Shown here: in pieces, positions 27,928 through 32,000 of the stretch
Numbering within the stretch: position 1 is the first letter of the stretch
Layout: each line of letters opens with the position of its first letter
Assembly (NCBI GenBank): GCA_023657465.1
Contig: JAGTJX010000003.1
Location: 39,436 to 71,435, forward strand
DNA: 32,000 nt
Origin: Lysobacteraceae bacterium
GTDB lineage: Bacteria > Bdellovibrionota > UBA1018 > JAGTJX01
Reading direction: 5' to 3'
Notes under the pieces: generated by a model
What the model was told of the DNA's origin: nothing
Database searches by the model: none
What the model saw: only the letters and a program-made list of their open reading frames with translations
Program-made: the position numbers and the translations under genes

Positions 27928-28311
27928 ATGGAAAAGCAGGATCTCAAGCCTCTTTTTGTTTTGGTCAGGCTATTCTTCGTACGAGAGAGTTCGCGCCGTC
28001 TTCAAAGCAAGGGGATTCTGTTTTATTTGAAGGCATTAAGAGCATTACGTGGTGGCGTTCAAGGCTCACTCATCGTGTTTCACTTCTTGCAGACTATTAT
28101 GCTTTCGTTTTTGTGTGCAGTCACTGCAGAAGTATTCCTTGCAGTGGAGGATCAACACACACGCTTACTCATGCTGCTTGGTTTTTTTAGTTTTCTTTTT
28201 GTGATCCCATTCATTGGAGTCGCAGCACTCTTCTCAGAAAAGCTTTGGTACAGAGCTAGCGGAGCAGAGAAGATGGTTGAAGAATTCACCCTCTCGAAAT
28301 CTACTCACTAA
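27928..28311 (+). CDS. small membrane protein of unknown function
   Basis: MEKQDLKPLFVLVRLFF...; two long hydrophobic segments; start at 27928 preferred over 27898. Confidence 0.6.
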   Translation: MEKQDLKPLFVLVRLFFVRESSRRLQSKGILFYLKALRALRGGVQGSLIVFHFLQTIMLSFLCAVTAEVFLAVEDQHTRLLMLLGFFSFLFVIPFIGVAALFSEKLWYRASGAEKMVEEFTLSKSTH

Positions 28312-28985
28312 ACCCCTGTGACGTCAGAGCCCCAAATTGCTTTATGAAGCTGGGTCTGAAGTCTTACAGACAACTTATCTTCAATGATCTTCTCAGCTAA
28401 CCACTTGAGCTCTACTCCCGGGAATTTTCCAGGCGCCATCTTTGCAGGCTGTACAGGGGAGAAGAGTGTGAGAAGCGAATTTGGATAATCAGTTGAACTG
28501 ATCACGTCACGCGCCCAGAAGTAATCATTCTGAGAGGCAATGACGAATTTGATTTCGTCTGAAGGTTTGAGAAATTTAAAATTATTCACGAATTCACCAC
28601 GAGACATCGCACTTGATGGAGTCTTGATATCCATAATGACTCTTGCGAAGGGTGCAATAGCTTCTATTGAGACTTCACCGTGAGTTTCGATGCTAACGGC
28701 ATAGCCTTGGCTTACAAGTGCACGTGCAAGCTCTTTGGTATTGCGCTGAAGGAGTGGCTCTCCACCCGTGAGGAGTACGTGCTTCGTTTCATGAGGCTTG
28801 ACCGTATCAAGGATCTCTGGAATCGACATGCGTTTTCCACCATGAAACGCATAAGCCGAATCACAGTAAGTGCATCTGAGATTGCATCCTGTGAGTCTAA
28901 TAAAACTGAAGCGTTCCCCAGTAAGCGAAGTCTCACCTTGTAGGGAGTGGAAGATTTCAGTGATTTGGAGATCAGGAAACGCCAT
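28308..28985 (-). CDS. queE: 7-carboxy-7-deazaguanine synthase
   Basis: ITEIFHSLQGETSLTGERFSFIRLTGCNLRCTYCDSAYAF (radical SAM CxxxCxxC), HVLLTGGEPLLQ, SIETHGEV, IMDIKTPSS. Confidence 0.93.
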   Translation of the reverse strand: MAFPDLQITEIFHSLQGETSLTGERFSFIRLTGCNLRCTYCDSAYAFHGGKRMSIPEILDTVKPHETKHVLLTGGEPLLQRNTKELARALVSQGYAVSIETHGEVSIEAIAPFARVIMDIKTPSSAMSRGEFVNNFKFLKPSDEIKFVIASQNDYFWARDVISSTDYPNSLLTLFSPVQPAKMAPGKFPGVELKWLAEKIIEDKLSVRLQTQLHKAIWGSDVTGV

Positions 28986-29013
28986 TGCTGTGTCATAACA
29001 TTAGTCTTAAAAG

Positions 29014-29030
29014 TTGCACAGTTTGTGCAA
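29014..29030. promoter_or_regulatory. palindrome TTGCACAGTTTGTGCAA, putative operator
   Basis: TTGCAC-N5-GTGCAA, 29 bp upstream of the queE start. Confidence 0.65.
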
Positions 29031-29064
29031 GAAAATGATTTTTTTGAGTCGAACTGAACATTTC

Positions 29065-29081
29065 TTGCACAAAACGTGCAA
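29065..29081. promoter_or_regulatory. palindrome TTGCACAAAACGTGCAA, putative operator
   Basis: Second copy of TTGCAC-N5-GTGCAA, exactly 51 bp from the first. Confidence 0.65.
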
Positions 29082-29105
29082 GATTTTTAAGTTTATCTAT
29101 CACCC

Positions 29106-29149
29106 AAAAATGGTGAAGGCGGGAAACCCATCCAGAGATTCCCGCCTTC
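29106..29149 (-). terminator. intrinsic terminator of the GEMM RNA
   Basis: Minus strand gaaggcgggaa-tctctggatgggt-ttcccgccttc-accattttt; 11-bp stem. Confidence 0.75.
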
Positions 29150-29388
29150 TTGAGATTGAAGAGGTCGCGCACCGAAGTACGGACCCGCCTTTGAACTTTT
29201 TGTCTTCCTTTGGCAACCCGGCTGACATGAAGTGGTAGGGGTAGACCACCTTTTAGTCCCGTTGGCTTTGCGTGCACAGGCTTTCACCTGGCTTGCCTTT
29301 TTCAAAGGGGTAGAATCAATCCTGATTCTGCCTCTCCAGACGTCCCCCGACCGTGGGAAACGTAATCTTTTTGCAAATCTTTCCTTAA
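29106..29388 (-). ncRNA. c-di-GMP-I (GEMM) riboswitch-type RNA; aptamer core 29207-29308
   Basis: Minus-strand cctttgaaaaaGGCAAgCCAGGTGAAAGCCTGtgcACGCAAAGCCaacGGgaCUAAA...AGCCGGGTTGCCaaagg: GNRA-capped P2, ACGCAAAGCC core, P3, closing P1. Confidence 0.88.
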
Positions 29389-29394
29389 CTAATG

Positions 29395-29423
29395 ATTTTA
29401 TGCCTAACGCATAGCGGTGTCAA
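29395..29423 (-). promoter_or_regulatory. sigma70-type promoter of the GEMM RNA
   Basis: Minus strand TTGACA (29423-29418), 17-nt spacer ccgctatgcgttaggca, TAAAAT (29400-29395). Confidence 0.8.
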
Positions 29424-29487
29424 ATGACGTGCAAATCCTTGATTTTCTTAGAAATTTGGAACGATCTTAGGTATTCTTTTAAGCAAC

Positions 29488-30528
29488 GTGTCTAACCTGT
29501 CGATATTATTATCTATTTTAGGTGCTTTAGCGGATCAGTCGCCGCAACTTGGTGTAGATATTCATGATTATCATTTGAAGTCGACAGCGGGAATCACTAT
29601 CCTTAATCATTACGGAGCAATCGAGGTTCAGGGATGGTCATTAGATAAAGTACGCGTGGAAGTGAAGAAGTCTACGAATGGGAATCTCAGTTTTGAGGTC
29701 GATCAATCTGAAAACAAGTTCGAGATTAGAACGACCGCAGGCAAAAACCAGTTTCTAGCTGAAAAAATCAAAACCAGATCCAAGCTCCCTGAAGGTGGAA
29801 TCGATCTCTTAGTGCGAGCACCTGCTCACGTGCCGCTCACCCTTCTTTCTAAGAATTCTAAAATCGTTTTAAAAGGTTGGGGTGCACTCACAGAGATTAG
29901 CGCTAGTCATGGTGATATCAAGATTGAGAACATCACATCTCCTGTGACGAGAATCGCTTGCCCAGATTGCAAAATCCGCATCGGAGATGCCAAGGGAACC
30001 ATTAAAATTTCAGGTGGCAAAGGAAACATTGATCTCAAGCAAATCGAATCGCAGGATCTCTTCATAGAATCCACCTCAGGAATAGTGAATCTAGAGCAAG
30101 TCTCTGGATCTGGAATTCTCGTCACTGACTCAGGCCAAATGAGAGCCAAGAAACTTGAAGGTCAGTACGCGTTCAAATCCAGATCTGCAGAAGTGCTGCT
30201 CACAGAAACCAAAGGTTCTATTCATGGTGAGTCTCGCTCTGGCAATATTCATATTGAAGTGAAGGAGTGGACTTCATTAGATAAACAACTCATCAGCAGT
30301 GAGGAAGGTTCCATTCACGTCTCACTTCCTCCTAGTTTTTCAGGAGAAATAGAAGCGGTTTCTCAAATGGGGAAACTCAATATGGACTTTCCACTCACGA
30401 AAACAGTTGCAAAGAAAATCTATGGACCTGAACCCATGAATCACTACATGGGTAAAGCGGGTCGTGGTGGAGAGCTTTTAAGTATCCAATCGACTAAAGG
30501 GAATATATGGCTGCTTCAAGCAATCTAA
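29488..30528 (+). CDS. DUF4097-like beta-helical/adhesin-like repeat protein
   Basis: Repeated short beta-turn units (GDIKIENITSPV, GTIKISGGKGNIDLKQIESQDLFIESTSGIVNLEQVSG, GSIHGESRSGNIHIEV). Confidence 0.65.
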   Translation: MSNLSILLSILGALADQSPQLGVDIHDYHLKSTAGITILNHYGAIEVQGWSLDKVRVEVKKSTNGNLSFEVDQSENKFEIRTTAGKNQFLAEKIKTRSKLPEGGIDLLVRAPAHVPLTLLSKNSKIVLKGWGALTEISASHGDIKIENITSPVTRIACPDCKIRIGDAKGTIKISGGKGNIDLKQIESQDLFIESTSGIVNLEQVSGSGILVTDSGQMRAKKLEGQYAFKSRSAEVLLTETKGSIHGESRSGNIHIEVKEWTSLDKQLISSEEGSIHVSLPPSFSGEIEAVSQMGKLNMDFPLTKTVAKKIYGPEPMNHYMGKAGRGGELLSIQSTKGNIWLLQAI

Positions 30529-31475
30529 AATCCCCTCGTAGAGCTTTAGTACTCAGACTCAGTAGCTTGGGAGATATCGTTCTTACGACTTCGGCTTTAG
30601 AAGTATTAAATTCTCAGTACGATGAAGTTCACTACTTAACAGAAGCACAATATGCACCTTGGTTAAAAGGACATCCAGGGATCGTACGTGTATGGGAATA
30701 TTCTAAGTCTTCTGGATTCAATGGGTGGCAGAATATCGGTCGTGAACTAGCTGCGATCGAATGGGACGCGGTTTATGATTTGCATCTGAGTCTTCGTACC
30801 CGAATCGCGCGTAGGATTTGGGGATTGAAAACGAACCATTGGGTGAGCCTTCCTAAGCCTTATTTCAGACGCTTAGGATTATTCAGTCTCAAGAAGTTTT
30901 GGCCTAAGAGTCTGAGTCCCGCAAGCTACCGTGAACTTTTTGCTGTCACTTGTGGTGGGAGTGGACGAGAGAAAACTAGCTTAAAGCATCTCCTATCTCA
31001 GCCTGTTCCCGCAACTCGGTTTGCTATTGGCGTCATGCCTTCCTCTCGATGGAGCGGAAAAGAACCTCCCGTTGAGCTGATCGTGAAGTGGTTGAAAGAA
31101 AACCATTCAGGCAAAACAATTCTCGTGTTTGGCTCTGACAAGGATTTGAAATCTCATCAATTGGTGAAGGCTTTAGAAAAAACAAAAATCCCTGTCGTCT
31201 CCAAAATTGGTGTTGCGATGAATGACCTCATCTCTTCAATCGCTACTTGTGAGCGAGTCGCTGGTGCAGACACAGGACTCATTCACGTCGCTGAGAGTAT
31301 CGGAATTCCAGTTCATGTTTGGTATGGACCAACTGCGCCAGGTCTTGGATTCGCACCTTCACTTGAGACCAGTACTTACTCTCAGTCTAGCGTGGTCTGT
31401 TCTCCCTGCTCCAAAGACGGTCGTCATTGTCAGAGAGTTTGGCAATCCTATCAGTGCTGGGTGGAGCGTTTATGA
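30507..31475 (+). CDS. glycosyltransferase family 9 (heptosyltransferase-like)
   Basis: ALVLRLSSLGDIVLTTSALEVL, YDLHLSLRTRIARRI, CERVAGADTGLIHVAESIGIPVHVWYGPTAPGLGF. Confidence 0.88.
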   Translation: MAASSNLKSPRRALVLRLSSLGDIVLTTSALEVLNSQYDEVHYLTEAQYAPWLKGHPGIVRVWEYSKSSGFNGWQNIGRELAAIEWDAVYDLHLSLRTRIARRIWGLKTNHWVSLPKPYFRRLGLFSLKKFWPKSLSPASYRELFAVTCGGSGREKTSLKHLLSQPVPATRFAIGVMPSSRWSGKEPPVELIVKWLKENHSGKTILVFGSDKDLKSHQLVKALEKTKIPVVSKIGVAMNDLISSIATCERVAGADTGLIHVAESIGIPVHVWYGPTAPGLGFAPSLETSTYSQSSVVCSPCSKDGRHCQRVWQSYQCWVERL

Positions 31476-32000
31476 CTCCTAAGACTCAGTGGTATCGGAG
31501 TATGGTGTCTAGGATTCCCATTCCTGATCGATACGCCTTTCCTTTCTCTCATCCTTATGGCGCTGCAACAAAGATTCGTGTCTGGGTTCATGGCGCAAGC
31601 GCTGGAGAATGGGAGACTTTGATTCCTATTGTAGAACGAATGTCAGATGGATCGATCGAATGGATCATGACCACATTCAGTCGTTCAGGGCTGAGCTCTG
31701 TTCAGAAGTTCTCAAACGAACTCGCAGGTAAGAATGAATCAGTCATCTATGCGGGACTCTCTCCTAGAGAAGGTGATTGGTTGAAGGCGCTCACTCTCAT
31801 GAAGCCCAAGTTCTGTATGACAGCTAAGTATGAAGCCTGGCCAGAATGGTGGATGAGCCTCAATGAGCTTTCGATTCCACTCGTGATCATTCAGACACAG
31901 TGGCGATCATCACTTGCTACTGCTAAGGGTGTGCTGACCACTTTCCTATGTCCACTTCCTAAACTCTATCTCAATACTCCAATGGGTAAGGATACTGAGA
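31472..32000 (+). CDS. 3-deoxy-D-manno-octulosonic-acid transferase-like glycosyltransferase (3' truncated by window edge)
   Basis: ATGA overlap with previous gene; IRVWVHGASAGEWETLIPIVERM...WIMTTFSRSG, MKPKFCMTAKYEAWPEWW, VIIQTQWRSS parallel the WaaA N-terminal motifs. Confidence 0.75.
   Translation, partial: MTPKTQWYRSMVSRIPIPDRYAFPFSHPYGAATKIRVWVHGASAGEWETLIPIVERMSDGSIEWIMTTFSRSGLSSVQKFSNELAGKNESVIYAGLSPREGDWLKALTLMKPKFCMTAKYEAWPEWWMSLNELSIPLVIIQTQWRSSLATAKGVLTTFLCPLPKLYLNTPMGKDTE

Noticed and set aside
28993-29305. Small ORFs of 94 aa and 70 aa on the minus strand and 74 aa/60 aa on the plus strand
   Set aside because: They lie over the GEMM RNA, its promoter and the operator palindromes; no family resemblance or credible start context.
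240-31482. Numerous 60-144 aa ORFs antisense to or in shifted frames of strong genes (for example 1160-1477, 10280-10687, 16330-16764, 23976-24176, 29907-30149)
   Set aside because: Overlap well-supported conserved genes and have no recognisable protein features; best treated as spurious frames.

Overview
The window is about 32 kb of gene-dense bacterial chromosome. Gene content and codon usage suggest a Bdellovibrionota-like organism; that is an inference and was not searched. Left part: partial pstC, pstA, pstB, a PhoB-like regulator and a membrane-segment-free PhoR-like kinase, metG, an AI-2E family permease, and the rpsP-trmD-SPOUT methyltransferase-rplS translation block. Middle: rnhB, yraN, a STAS protein, rsmI, accD, an lptD-like gene, surE, an M23 peptidase, MgtC and an HU/IHF protein. 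Right part: an atypical UppP-like protein, an unusual pair of exported phosphoesterase-like genes, tRNA-Cys(GCA), queE, a DUF4097-like protein, a GT9 glycosyltransferase and a partial KDO transferase-like gene. Main non-routine observations: (1) a c-di-GMP-I (GEMM) riboswitch-type RNA on the minus strand at about 29106-29388, with a TTGACA-N17-TAAAAT promoter and a terminator, similar in concept to Bdellovibrio merRNA; it lies upstream of queE, separated by two copies of the palindrome TTGCAC-N5-GTGCAA. (2) A translationally coupled pair encoding a signal-peptide-bearing HAD-like protein and a signal-peptide-bearing metallophosphoesterase whose motifs resemble phage T5 A1-like proteins. (3) A 363-bp imperfect inverted repeat with 19-nt perfect ends filling the mgtC-HU intergenic region. 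(4) Several frame-disrupted or truncated genes. No CRISPR array, rRNA or clear prophage was seen.
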